This document shows, piece after piece, positions 39,196 to 49,205 of a stretch of DNA of 64,000 nt. The stretch is taken from the NCBI GenBank assembly GCA_031290435.1, contig JAITNQ010000004.1, forward strand, positions 442-64,441. The letters are read 5' to 3'. The translations under genes and the position numbers were made by a program. Position 1 is the first letter of the stretch. Each line of letters starts with the position of its first letter. The stretch is from Candidatus Symbiothrix sp. GTDB taxonomy: Bacteria; Bacteroidota; Bacteroidia; Bacteroidales; Azobacteroidaceae. The notes under the pieces were generated by a model. The model saw nothing but the letters and a program-made list of their open reading frames with translations. It was not told where the DNA came from and ran no database searches.

Positions 39196-42100
39196 TTATT
39201 GTGCTTTGTTTTGACTAACCAAAGGCGGTTTTCTGAAATTATCGACCCTGTCACTTTGGATTCGAACTTCCTCAAACAGGATGGCATCCGGAACGATTAC
39301 CGAAATCAGATTCCCTGCATTACCGTTGTAAATCAGTTCATTGTCGGATACAGCCACAATTTTTTTAAATGCAGATACATCCATATTGTTTACCATTGCC
39401 GCACGAACCCGTTTTTCGGAGCCATCGGCAATGCTGACTTGGTAAAGTTCCAGCGGAACGGTTCCGCTACCTGCCGCATCGCGTACAATGTAAGCATATG
39501 CATACCCCTCTTCCTTCGCTATCCTGAGAAGTTCCTTTCGGAGTTCTTCCTTCGGTTTTGTCCGCGTGTCGCTCATCCTGACAACGCCGGTATTCGTCTC
39601 AGCGCCGATTCCTGAGGAATACAAAGAGTGTCCGTTGGAGTGGGGAACTTTAGGCGTCGGCACACGGTCGTTCAACAAGGTTTTCAGAATACCGTTTTCT
39701 ACTAAAGTCAGCCGTGCGGGAGGCACGACCGCTTGTGCGTCTATAGGCGTGTACCCCAACAATCCGACTCCTTTGTATGCGGGCGTTCCCGTCAGATCTT
39801 CAATGGTGATTTCCTTGGCTGTAATCCGCTTGTCGATCATATCCTCCAAACTGTTGCCTCCGTAAGAAAAGCCTTGAGAGGTCAGGGGTTTTCTTTGTGC
39901 AATCAGCGAATTTTCGCCATGAAAGAAATTGGAATAAAAAGTTCTGACCACCGCCAGACCTTCGTACAAAACAGGCCCTGCATAAGTTTCATTCAATTTG
40001 GGCGCTTTCATCTCTTCCAAGAGTTTTTCAGCCAAATCTTTACAGGTTTTCTTGAATGCTTCGACAGTTGGAAAATCTTTGGGATGGGGAAAGGTGAAAT
40101 CACAACTCGCCTGTAAATCTTCGCCCTCTTCGGTCTTGACCTGCGCCATGGCTTCCAATGAAGCAAAAACAAAAGGCAAGCGGTATTCCGATTTTTCCGT
40201 ATTGTAAAAATAAATCAGTGCTTTGTAAATATGAAGCGAGACATTGGAATTGAATATTTCTTTGTAATCGTTAAAAACAACTGAAGCGGCTTTGGCATAT
40301 TCCTCGTAAACTTCTTTTTCAAGATTGACTTCAGGCGCCGAAATATCGTTCATGACAACAACCGCTGTTTTATCCCAATCCGGCAATTCCAAGTCTTTTT
40401 CCGGGATATTCAATTGTTTGATTGCAGAAAGTTTTTGCTCATAAGTCTCTGCTGCGCTCTTATAAATAGCATCCAAATCTCGCCAGACGGTATAGCGAAT
40501 CCCTTCTTCATTGTCCTCCAGACAAGGTGTGCCGTCGTAATCGGATGTACCGCCCGCTGTCCCGCTGAAATTCTCGTCTGTGCAACGGTAATCTCCCATC
40601 AACAGACGAGCGCTTCCTGTGCGGAAAGGATAAGTCTCGGACGAAATAATACTGCCGCTCGTAGCTGAAATCAACAATTGGTCGATGTCGCTCAAGGTAT
40701 AGGAGATAAAAAACGGCGCCTGTAGGTCTCGCATTTTCAAACCTTGCAAAGCGCGGTCGACCTCTTTCCTGATAGACTGTGCGATGATATCACTCCCGGA
40801 TTCCGCGGTAGCATCCGCGAGCTTGGGTTTCGGCAAAGCCGGGGCCTGGGATTGGCTTTTGGCTCTTTTTTGGGTTTCAACTTGTTTGACTAATAATGCC
40901 GGAGCAACGCAAGCAACCGGTACTGCGCCTGATTCCGCCCCGCAAGTCCCGTTGAAAACCGCATATTCGCTTCCGCAGGCGTCAATCTGTGCAAACATGG
41001 CCAAAGGAGTTCCTACCAAATCTACTCCCCTCACCAACTCGTCGGGACGCCCGTCGGTATAAATTCGGTAAACCACCAAAGGATTTACATTGAATGCGTT
41101 AGGTGTGTAACGGCTGGTATTGGTGAATCCGCCGGAAACATCCTTAAAATAGTAAGCGTATTCCTTACCCTGCGATTTGGCTTCCTTTCGCAACTTTTTA
41201 ATCAATTCGTCCTGACTGAATTTTTGCGAACTTTCGACCAAGAGGTTCGATTGACGGGAAATAGGTGCAGCGCCAATTTGAGCGCGGCCATGTCCGTTCG
41301 AATGTGGAAAATCCGCTATGGGTGTACGCGACATCAGAAAGTTTTTCAAAACGCCGTTCTTCACGACCTCTACTTTCCGGGAACGAATTCCCTCGTCATC
41401 AAATTGATAATTGCCAACCAAGGGCGTCTTTTGATAATATTTTACCGTGGGGTCAAAAGTTACGGAAAGATGTTGCGGGAGAACTTTTTCCCCTATTTTT
41501 TTCTTAAATGTCTGGGCATCCGTTTCCTGCTTCAGACGGGAACCTTCTACCCGATGACCGAAAATTTCATGGAAGAATACACCGGCAGCCGCAGGAGAAA
41601 GGATAGCCGGGCCTGTGAACGATTCTACAACCGGCGCTTTTTTCAAGGCAGAAAGCAAGCGGCTCATCTCTTCAGCTGCTTTTATAACTTCTTCGTCCGA
41701 AGGAAGTTCGTCGAATGAAAATGCCATCCATGATTTGACAAGCGGCAAATCCATTCCGTCTTCAGCTCTGGTTTCGGCTGATAAGGCCAACTGGAACTTA
41801 ACAACATTCTGCGCCAATTCCCGACCTTCGGTATCCACAAAAATTTTACGTTCCAAAGCGGCGGTTAAAATGGCCGCAGCATCTAAGATATCCCCATTTT
41901 CGTTAAAAATTCCGGAATATTTCCTCACTTTTTCTTCCCATTCTTTCGGGTTGATACGCAGGTATTTCCAAGGAATAGCCGCCTCGTAATAATTTTCCGT
42001 GTTTTCTTCGGTAAAATCAGGCGATTTGTCTTCCTGCTCCACCTTGACGGCCATATTCGCTTTGATTTGGTCATAAATTTGGACATCTTGCTTGTACAGT

Positions 42101-42507
42101 TCATCCAATTGCGACCAGACAGCATTTTTTAACACATTGGGGTTGTTATCAATTGTAACATAATCGACCCCCATGCGTACATCCCTGTAACTCCCATATC
42201 CCGACTCCCTGATTTCGTGCGTATTATCCAGATTTCTATCCCCCAATCGCATGCATGAAGATAATACATGGGTAGGAGAATCTAAACGGGGCGCTGTCTG
42301 TAATCGACCTAACCGACCGACACAACTCATGGTTTGAAACTCGTCCAAACGCAATGAAATATAATATACAGGCGTGCTCTGCTTATTCAAAATTGAGAAA
42401 TTACGGTCTAATTCCGATTGTAATATCTCAAATACCGGGTCTTGTCCCCAAGCCGCAAATGTTCCCGCCAAGAAACATAAGAAAACAATAAAAATACGTC
42501 TATTCAT
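39196..42507 (-). CDS. Exported TldD/PmbA family metalloprotease; fusion of a TldD-like and a TldE-like module
   Basis: Signal peptide MNRRIFIVFLCFLAGTFAAWG; module 1 FFHEIFGHRVEG, FDDEG, NGHGR, SRQSNL, GTCGAESG; module 2 repeats the fold (GPVLY, IDAQAV, VENGILKTLL, SNGH) without the HExxxH motif. Confidence 0.85.
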   Translation of the reverse strand: MNRRIFIVFLCFLAGTFAAWGQDPVFEILQSELDRNFSILNKQSTPVYYISLRLDEFQTMSCVGRLGRLQTAPRLDSPTHVLSSCMRLGDRNLDNTHEIRESGYGSYRDVRMGVDYVTIDNNPNVLKNAVWSQLDELYKQDVQIYDQIKANMAVKVEQEDKSPDFTEENTENYYEAAIPWKYLRINPKEWEEKVRKYSGIFNENGDILDAAAILTAALERKIFVDTEGRELAQNVVKFQLALSAETRAEDGMDLPLVKSWMAFSFDELPSDEEVIKAAEEMSRLLSALKKAPVVESFTGPAILSPAAAGVFFHEIFGHRVEGSRLKQETDAQTFKKKIGEKVLPQHLSVTFDPTVKYYQKTPLVGNYQFDDEGIRSRKVEVVKNGVLKNFLMSRTPIADFPHSNGHGRAQIGAAPISRQSNLLVESSQKFSQDELIKKLRKEAKSQGKEYAYYFKDVSGGFTNTSRYTPNAFNVNPLVVYRIYTDGRPDELVRGVDLVGTPLAMFAQIDACGSEYAVFNGTCGAESGAVPVACVAPALLVKQVETQKRAKSQSQAPALPKPKLADATAESGSDIIAQSIRKEVDRALQGLKMRDLQAPFFISYTLSDIDQLLISATSGSIISSETYPFRTGSARLLMGDYRCTDENFSGTAGGTSDYDGTPCLEDNEEGIRYTVWRDLDAIYKSAAETYEQKLSAIKQLNIPEKDLELPDWDKTAVVVMNDISAPEVNLEKEVYEEYAKAASVVFNDYKEIFNSNVSLHIYKALIYFYNTEKSEYRLPFVFASLEAMAQVKTEEGEDLQASCDFTFPHPKDFPTVEAFKKTCKDLAEKLLEEMKAPKLNETYAGPVLYEGLAVVRTFYSNFFHGENSLIAQRKPLTSQGFSYGGNSLEDMIDKRITAKEITIEDLTGTPAYKGVGLLGYTPIDAQAVVPPARLTLVENGILKTLLNDRVPTPKVPHSNGHSLYSSGIGAETNTGVVRMSDTRTKPKEELRKELLRIAKEEGYAYAYIVRDAAGSGTVPLELYQVSIADGSEKRVRAAMVNNMDVSAFKKIVAVSDNELIYNGNAGNLISVIVPDAILFEEVRIQSDRVDNFRKPPLVSQNKAQ

Positions 42508-42542
42508 CAGGTATACTACTATTTTTACCATAATTAAAACGG

Positions 42543-42589
42543 CAAAGATACAAATATGTTACAACATATCCATTTTTTTTTTACCTTAG
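42543..42589. promoter_or_regulatory. Back-to-back -7 boxes for the Tld fusion (minus) and alpha-2-macroglobulin (plus)
   Basis: TATCTTTG on the minus strand at 42543-42550; near-consensus TACCTTAG on the plus strand at 42582-42589. Confidence 0.55.
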
Positions 42590-42618
42590 CAGCGATTATT
42601 TAATAAAAATTTTGAAAT

Positions 42619-45600
42619 ATGAAAACAAGTTTTCTGCTGATAATCGTTTGTTTCTTTACGTTTTCAGCAACTGCACAACTAAATAAAAATAATAAGCCAA
42701 TGGAAAAATCATCGTATGAATCTTTTTGGATTAAAGTAGCGGATTTGGAAGCAAAATCGCTTCCGCAATCGGCGCTTGAGATTGTAAGTCAAATCTATAA
42801 CGCCGCTCTCAAAGATGGGAACAGCCCGGAATTAATCAAGGCGCTGATCTTTCAACTCAAATATGAGACAGCTATTGACAGGGATATATTACCGGACAAA
42901 ATCTCGGTTTTGGAAACATTTATCCGGACAGACAAGCATACCGTGGAACAAGCGGTATTGTATTCGCTTTTGGGGGAATTGTATTACAACTATTACATGG
43001 CGAATGCTTACAATATCAACCAACGGACAGCCATTGACGGAGATTTTCCGGAAGATATCCGGGAATGGTCAGGGAATTTCTTTATCCGGAAAATAACCGA
43101 TTGTATCCATTTGTCTTTGCAGCCGGTGAAAGAATTGCAGGAGACCGCTGTATTGCAATACAGGGAAATATTGTCTGAAGGCGAAGATTCGCGGATTTTA
43201 CGCCCTAACTTGTATGATTTTCTGGTTCACCGGGGAGTAGATTTTTTAACGAATATCGCCCAAAATTCACGCACACCGCATTATTTTTCACAAACCAAAC
43301 TCTCCGCCAAAGAAAATTTTGCTCCGGCGGCAGCATTTGTAAAATATCCTTTAGCGGCAGAAACATATGATTTTGTTCCGCAAATTTTGAATTTATACCG
43401 GCAACTATTGGCTTCCCGTTTAGAAAACAAAGGGCAAACCGCAGAAAATAATACTTTTGCTTTGTTAATGACGGATTTAGACCGGCTGAATTTTGTGTAC
43501 GAAAACACCTCATTACCCGATAATGACATCGAATATATAGCGGCCTTGAAGCAATTGGAAAAGCAGTATGCCAATGCTGATTTGTGTGTGGAAATACTGG
43601 CAAAAGAAGCCTCTTTTTATTATGACCAAACAAGCGAGGACGCTGTTGTCTACAATTCGGAGCAAGAAACGGATAAACAAAGCGTTGAAGAATTGAAAAA
43701 AGTGTATGAAATTTGTACCGACGGGATTAAAAAATATCCGGATTATGCGCGTATAAACCTACTGAAAAACATCTTAAATCAAGTAACACTCCCTTTTTTA
43801 ACCGTCAATTCTGCCAATACGGTCTACCCCGGAAAAGACTTGGAATTACAAATTAAATACCAAAACAGCAAACATTTCCGACTTGAGATTTATAAAATCA
43901 AGGCGTCGGTGAGCGTTTATCCAAATACTTGGTCAAGGTATGGACAATACAAAAAATCAGGCAGTTTAATCACACAGACAACCATCAATTTACCTGCGCT
44001 TCATCCTTATCTGGAACAAGATACTACGATAAAAATTCCGATGAAAGAATTAGGAAATTACGAATATGTTATCTATGCCGATTCTATCGAAGAGCCAATT
44101 AATCAGCAATTTTCCGTCAGTCGGCTGGCCACTGTTTCCAAAACGATTGAAGGAAAAAGGGAATATTTGGTAGTGGATTATTTGACGGGAAAACCCATCG
44201 CAGGCGCTAAAATTCAATTTTACAAAAGGAAAAATAACAACTTGGAATTGAATGGTGAAAAGATGCTGATTACTGATAAAATGGGCTTGGCATCGGACAA
44301 AGGCGAGAGAGATGTTGATTTTTACAACGTTACTTATGGTAATGATACGGCTTTGATAAGCTCTCCGCTACCATGGATTTCCAATGTATCAACGAATCAA
44401 GATGTTATTTCAGCTCATTTAGAACTTTTTACCGACAGAAACATTTACCGCCCCGGACAAACGGTTTTTTTCAAAGGAATCGCTTATGTTACAGGTAAAG
44501 ACATGCAACAAACGTCTCCACAAAAAACATTTACGGTTATTTTCAGGGATGCAAACAGCAAAGAAATCGGCAAAAAGACTTTTACAAGCAATGAATTCGG
44601 CTCTTTCAACGGAGAGTTCGTGATTCCACAAGGATTGTTAACCGGCAATTTCTCCATTCAAAGCGAAAATAATGCTTATACATCTTTCCGTGTAGAAGAA
44701 TACAAACGTCCTGCTTTTGACATTCGGTTCGATACAATTGAAAAAACCTACCGTCTTGGCGATGAAATTACCGTTAGCGGCGAGGCACAGTCTTTTTCGG
44801 GCGTTTACAAGCAAGATATTGAGGTCAGATACCGGATTACCCGACAATACCATTGGTTATATACCCGTCAATGGAGAGAACCGGTTCAGATTGCAAGCGG
44901 GAGTGTTCGAACCGGATCGGATGGTAAATTTAACATTTCTTTCCTTGCTGAAAAAATAGTTGAAGACAACTCTCTAAAGACCGTTTCGTATTCCTATGAA
45001 ATTGAAGCCACCGTTACGGATACCAACGGAGAAACGCAAAATTCGAAAAAGACAGTCAGCGTAGGCGATAAATCCATGTATCTGCGGATTAATCCCGTAC
45101 AGGATGTGATTGATAAAAACGATATTCCTGCTATCCGGATAGATGCTTATAATTTGAATGGTACACAAATCCATCAAACAGGCGCTTATGAAATATACAG
45201 TCTGCAACCGGATGATCATACGAAATTAGATTTGGAGTCTAAAGACTGGCGCTTAGATAAAAAGATTTTATCCGGAAATTTTGAATCGGGAAAAGAATTA
45301 GCTATTTCGACGCTGAAAATCATATCTTCCGGCCGTTATCGCCTGATTGCCGTTGTGCAAGGTGAATCCGAAACGGATAAGGCCGAAACGCAACAAGATT
45401 TCTCGCTGGTTTCGACAAACGATAAAAAGCCTCCGCACCCGACTTACCAATGGCTGATGACGCCCAAAATTATTTGTGCCGTGGGAGAAACCGCTGAGAT
45501 TATTTATGGTTCATCCGCAAAAGAGGCATACGTGCTGTACGAAATATACAGTCGGAACGGTAAAAAATTATCCGTTAAACGGTTTACTTTGAACAATAGC

Positions 45601-48540
45601 AATCAAAAAATTGAAATACCGTTCACTGCGACGTACAAAGAGGGAATAAGTGTATGTTTTACACTTATTAAGGACGGTCAACTGTTTACAAAGAACGTAT
45701 CCATATTGCGGAAACAACCGGATAAAAAATTAAAGGTAAAAGCGGAAGTTTTCCGGAACAAATTACTTCCCGGGCAGGCCGAAGAATGGCGAATTTCCGT
45801 TAAAAATGCCGAAAATCAACCGGTTTCAGCCGAATTGCTCGCCGGGATGTATGACGCCTCTTTAGATAAAATCTACAGCGGTTTTTCATGGCATTTCTAT
45901 CCTGAGCCGACCGTCTCTTTGTTTACTCCACATTACGCGGAAGGCATTGGATTTAATTATTCGAATAATTCCAAGACAGCTTCCCGTAAATCCTATTCCA
46001 CTTCATTTTCTTTCGATACCTTCAATTGGTTTGGATTTAATGTTTATGGAGGAATGGTAAACGGCAACCTTATGATGAGAAGCGCTGCCCAAATGAGGGT
46101 GTCTTCGGCAGATACCGATAAGGAAGAAATGATGGTAACCGAAACTGCTGCCGCTGAAGTAAGAGAACGTATAACTACAGCGAACAAAATGGATGTTGAA
46201 ATGGATGACATGGAAGAATCAAAAGCGGTAATTCGGCAAAACTTCAACGAAACGGCTTTCTTCTATCCGCAACTGCGGACGAATGAAGCCGGCGAAACCC
46301 TTATTTCCTTTACCGTCCCGGAAAGCAATACAACATGGAAATTCATGGGACTGGCGCACACCAAAGATTTGAAATACGGAGAAATTATTGAAACGGCTAT
46401 CAGCCAAAAACAACTGATGGTTGCACCGAATATGCCACGCTTTATTCGTCAGGGAGATAAAACAACGATTGCTGCGAATATTTCCAACTTATCGGAATCT
46501 ACAGTCAGCGGTACGGTCGATATCGAATGTTTTGACCCGAACACCGGCCAAGTCCTGATTGTTATTCCGGAAAACGCGAAGACTTTCCGCTTGGATCCCG
46601 GCAAAAGCCTTGCTGTTGCATGGACTTTTGACGTCCCGGCGGGAATTGACATGACTGCATTGAAAATTGTCGCCCGTACAGCCGAATTCAGCGATGGCGA
46701 ACAGCACCTGTTGCCCGTTCTTCCCAATCGGATGTTGGTGACGGAAAGCCTGCCGTTGGCTATTTCGGGTGGACAAACCCAAACCTTTTCTTTCGATAAA
46801 ATGAAGGAAAACACTTCGTCTTCTTTGGAAAACTACCGCTTGACTTTGGAGTATACCGACAACCCTGTCTGGTATGCCATACAGGCTTTACCTGCTCTTT
46901 CCGTTCCGCAATCGGACAATGCTTTGTCGTGGTTCGCCGTTTGGTATTCCAATACTTTAGCAAGGGATATTATCAATACCACGCCGAAAATCAGGCAAAT
47001 CATCGACATCTGGAACAAACAGGGCGGAACGAAAGAAACCTTGTTCTCCAATTTAGAGAAAAACGATGAACTCAAAGCGGTGCTGCTGGAAGAAACACCC
47101 TGGGTCTTAGCAGGACAAAATGAAACGGAACAGAAACAACGCTTGTCATTGCTTTTCGACCTCAACCGTTCGGCGTTTTTAAGTTCGCAAGCCATCGAAA
47201 AACTCCGGCTACTCCAGACCGAAGAAGGCGGATGGACATGGTTCAAGGGCATGGAGGCCAATGTTTACATCAGCCAGTGGATGCTCTACGGAATAGGCGA
47301 GTTGGGAAACAGCAAGGGATTGGAGGACATTAAGGAGTTGAAAGAAAAGGGGATTCGCTTTATCGACAGTCGTTTTAAGCGAAATTTCGATAATTTCAAA
47401 GAACGCTATCCCAATTGGAAAGAAAGCAAAGATATTTCTACTTACGAATTAGAATACCTTTTGGTACGCTCTCTTTACAAGGAAATTCCCTTGGGTGAAA
47501 CAAAAGAGGCGGCTGAATTCTATACGGCATTAGCCGAAAAATATTGGGCGAACAATACCCGCCTTTACGATCGCGCTATCGCTGCAATAATGCTTCAACG
47601 AGCAGGGAAAACAAAAGCCGCAACGGCTATTATACAGTCGCTCAGGGAACACGCATCGCATAAATCCGATTTAGGCATGTTTTGGGCCAACAATAGTACA
47701 AAAGCATTTATGTTTCAAAGCGCAACGACTGTGCACAATTTTATCATGGAAGCTTTTTATGAAACAGGATGCAGTCCGAAAGAAATGGATGAGATGAAAC
47801 AGTGGTTGCTGAAACAAAAGCAAACCCAGCAATGGGAAAGCGTACCGGCAACTGTCGATGCCATCCGACTGCTGTTGAAAACCGGCGCCAACTGGTTGGA
47901 AAGCGAAGGTAAAACAGCCATTCAATGGGACGAACAAACCTTAGATTTAAGCAAAGCGGATGCGGGAAGCGGTTACATTAAAATTGTGAAGCGTCCAACG
48001 GAGGTTAACAATTACAAGGAAAACCGGGTGACAATTTCCAAGGAAAGCGCCGGGCCGGCTTGGGGCGCTTTGTATTGGCAGTATTTCGAAGATTTGGATA
48101 AAATTCAAAAGGCAAAGACAAATCTGAATGTAGAAAAATCTATTTTTATTGAGCGTATTACAAGCGCCGGAAAAACCCTGACCCCCGTAACGGAAACCAA
48201 TCCGATGAAAGTCGGGGATAAAATCGTTGTCAGACTGACGGTTCGCACTGATCGTGATTTCGAATATGTCCTGTTGAAAGACATGCGTGCCTCCTGTTTC
48301 GAACCGGCGGAACAATTGTCTGGAATTCACTGGGCACAATCGACAATTTATTATCAAACGCCGCATGACGCCTCCATGAATTATTATTTCTACAATCTGC
48401 CGAAAGGAACTTACGTATTCGAATATGCCTTGTACGCAACAAGCCCTGGAAATTATTCGAACGGAGTCACGACCATTCAATGTTTGTATGCACCCGAATT
48501 TGTCTCGCACACCTCCGGAGGGAGGGTTTTAGTGGAATGA
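42619..48540 (+). CDS. Bacterial alpha-2-macroglobulin family protein
   Basis: Signal peptide; FTDRNIYRPGQTV, SNEFGSF, VEEYKRP, IRQNFNETAFFYPQL, PRFIRQGD, C-terminal MG10-like domain ending CLYAPEF. Confidence 0.93.
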   Translation: MKTSFLLIIVCFFTFSATAQLNKNNKPMEKSSYESFWIKVADLEAKSLPQSALEIVSQIYNAALKDGNSPELIKALIFQLKYETAIDRDILPDKISVLETFIRTDKHTVEQAVLYSLLGELYYNYYMANAYNINQRTAIDGDFPEDIREWSGNFFIRKITDCIHLSLQPVKELQETAVLQYREILSEGEDSRILRPNLYDFLVHRGVDFLTNIAQNSRTPHYFSQTKLSAKENFAPAAAFVKYPLAAETYDFVPQILNLYRQLLASRLENKGQTAENNTFALLMTDLDRLNFVYENTSLPDNDIEYIAALKQLEKQYANADLCVEILAKEASFYYDQTSEDAVVYNSEQETDKQSVEELKKVYEICTDGIKKYPDYARINLLKNILNQVTLPFLTVNSANTVYPGKDLELQIKYQNSKHFRLEIYKIKASVSVYPNTWSRYGQYKKSGSLITQTTINLPALHPYLEQDTTIKIPMKELGNYEYVIYADSIEEPINQQFSVSRLATVSKTIEGKREYLVVDYLTGKPIAGAKIQFYKRKNNNLELNGEKMLITDKMGLASDKGERDVDFYNVTYGNDTALISSPLPWISNVSTNQDVISAHLELFTDRNIYRPGQTVFFKGIAYVTGKDMQQTSPQKTFTVIFRDANSKEIGKKTFTSNEFGSFNGEFVIPQGLLTGNFSIQSENNAYTSFRVEEYKRPAFDIRFDTIEKTYRLGDEITVSGEAQSFSGVYKQDIEVRYRITRQYHWLYTRQWREPVQIASGSVRTGSDGKFNISFLAEKIVEDNSLKTVSYSYEIEATVTDTNGETQNSKKTVSVGDKSMYLRINPVQDVIDKNDIPAIRIDAYNLNGTQIHQTGAYEIYSLQPDDHTKLDLESKDWRLDKKILSGNFESGKELAISTLKIISSGRYRLIAVVQGESETDKAETQQDFSLVSTNDKKPPHPTYQWLMTPKIICAVGETAEIIYGSSAKEAYVLYEIYSRNGKKLSVKRFTLNNSNQKIEIPFTATYKEGISVCFTLIKDGQLFTKNVSILRKQPDKKLKVKAEVFRNKLLPGQAEEWRISVKNAENQPVSAELLAGMYDASLDKIYSGFSWHFYPEPTVSLFTPHYAEGIGFNYSNNSKTASRKSYSTSFSFDTFNWFGFNVYGGMVNGNLMMRSAAQMRVSSADTDKEEMMVTETAAAEVRERITTANKMDVEMDDMEESKAVIRQNFNETAFFYPQLRTNEAGETLISFTVPESNTTWKFMGLAHTKDLKYGEIIETAISQKQLMVAPNMPRFIRQGDKTTIAANISNLSESTVSGTVDIECFDPNTGQVLIVIPENAKTFRLDPGKSLAVAWTFDVPAGIDMTALKIVARTAEFSDGEQHLLPVLPNRMLVTESLPLAISGGQTQTFSFDKMKENTSSSLENYRLTLEYTDNPVWYAIQALPALSVPQSDNALSWFAVWYSNTLARDIINTTPKIRQIIDIWNKQGGTKETLFSNLEKNDELKAVLLEETPWVLAGQNETEQKQRLSLLFDLNRSAFLSSQAIEKLRLLQTEEGGWTWFKGMEANVYISQWMLYGIGELGNSKGLEDIKELKEKGIRFIDSRFKRNFDNFKERYPNWKESKDISTYELEYLLVRSLYKEIPLGETKEAAEFYTALAEKYWANNTRLYDRAIAAIMLQRAGKTKAATAIIQSLREHASHKSDLGMFWANNSTKAFMFQSATTVHNFIMEAFYETGCSPKEMDEMKQWLLKQKQTQQWESVPATVDAIRLLLKTGANWLESEGKTAIQWDEQTLDLSKADAGSGYIKIVKRPTEVNNYKENRVTISKESAGPAWGALYWQYFEDLDKIQKAKTNLNVEKSIFIERITSAGKTLTPVTETNPMKVGDKIVVRLTVRTDRDFEYVLLKDMRASCFEPAEQLSGIHWAQSTIYYQTPHDASMNYYFYNLPKGTYVFEYALYATSPGNYSNGVTTIQCLYAPEFVSHTSGGRVLVE

Positions 48541-48692
48541 GGATTTTTACTATTGCTCTGATTTTATCTTCCCCACTTTTAATGACAAATTGATAATATT
48601 AACTAATATACTATATATAAGTATTTTAACATGTTAATAATTTGTTGATTACCTGTTAACTTACTGGTGATAAATTTTTTTCACTATTTATG

Positions 48693-48723
48693 GTGGTGAA
48701 TTGTGGAGGATTTTGTACCTTTG
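48693..48723 (+). promoter_or_regulatory. dcw promoter with putative MraZ-binding direct repeats
   Basis: GTGGTG (48693) and GTGGAG (48703) with a 10-bp period, just upstream of TACCTTTG (48716-48723). Confidence 0.65.
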
Positions 48724-48753
48724 CCCTGTGAATCATATTCAATTAATTCATTC

Positions 48754-49203
48754 ATGGAAAAATTCATCGGCAATATGGAAGCGAAAGCGGATGCAAAAGG
48801 ACGAGTATTCGTTCCGGCTGTGTTCCGCCGGATATTGCATCTGGCCGAAGAAACGCAACTTGTATTGCGGAAAGATGATTTCCATGATTGTCTGATTCTC
48901 TATCCCAAAACCCAATGGGATGAAGAATTGGTGCAACTCCGGCAAAAACTGAACAAATGGGATGCCGGACAACAAAGGCTTTTCCGTCATATCGCCTCTC
49001 AGGTGGAAGTGATGGAAATAGATGGAAACGGACGGATATTGATCCCGAAAAAATATTTGCAAATGACCGGTATTACACATGAAGTGCGGTTCCTTGGAAT
49101 GAATGACTCCATCGAACTCTGGAGTCCCGACCGGTTGGAAAAAGTAATTTTAAGCCCAGAAGATTTACAGGACAGCATCAATCGTTTTTTAGCAAATGCA
49201 TAA
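48754..49203 (+). CDS. mraZ: Division/cell wall cluster transcriptional repressor MraZ
   Basis: DAKGRVFVPAVFR and DGNGRILIP repeats; likely ATG at 48754. Confidence 0.95.
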   Translation: MEKFIGNMEAKADAKGRVFVPAVFRRILHLAEETQLVLRKDDFHDCLILYPKTQWDEELVQLRQKLNKWDAGQQRLFRHIASQVEVMEIDGNGRILIPKKYLQMTGITHEVRFLGMNDSIELWSPDRLEKVILSPEDLQDSINRFLANA

Positions 49204-49205
49204 AT

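Noticed and set aside
36139-42507. Functional link between the Tld protein (often annotated as a gyrase modulator) and parE
   Set aside because: The Tld fusion has a signal peptide, and the GNAT-parE unit has its own -7 box at 39176-39183
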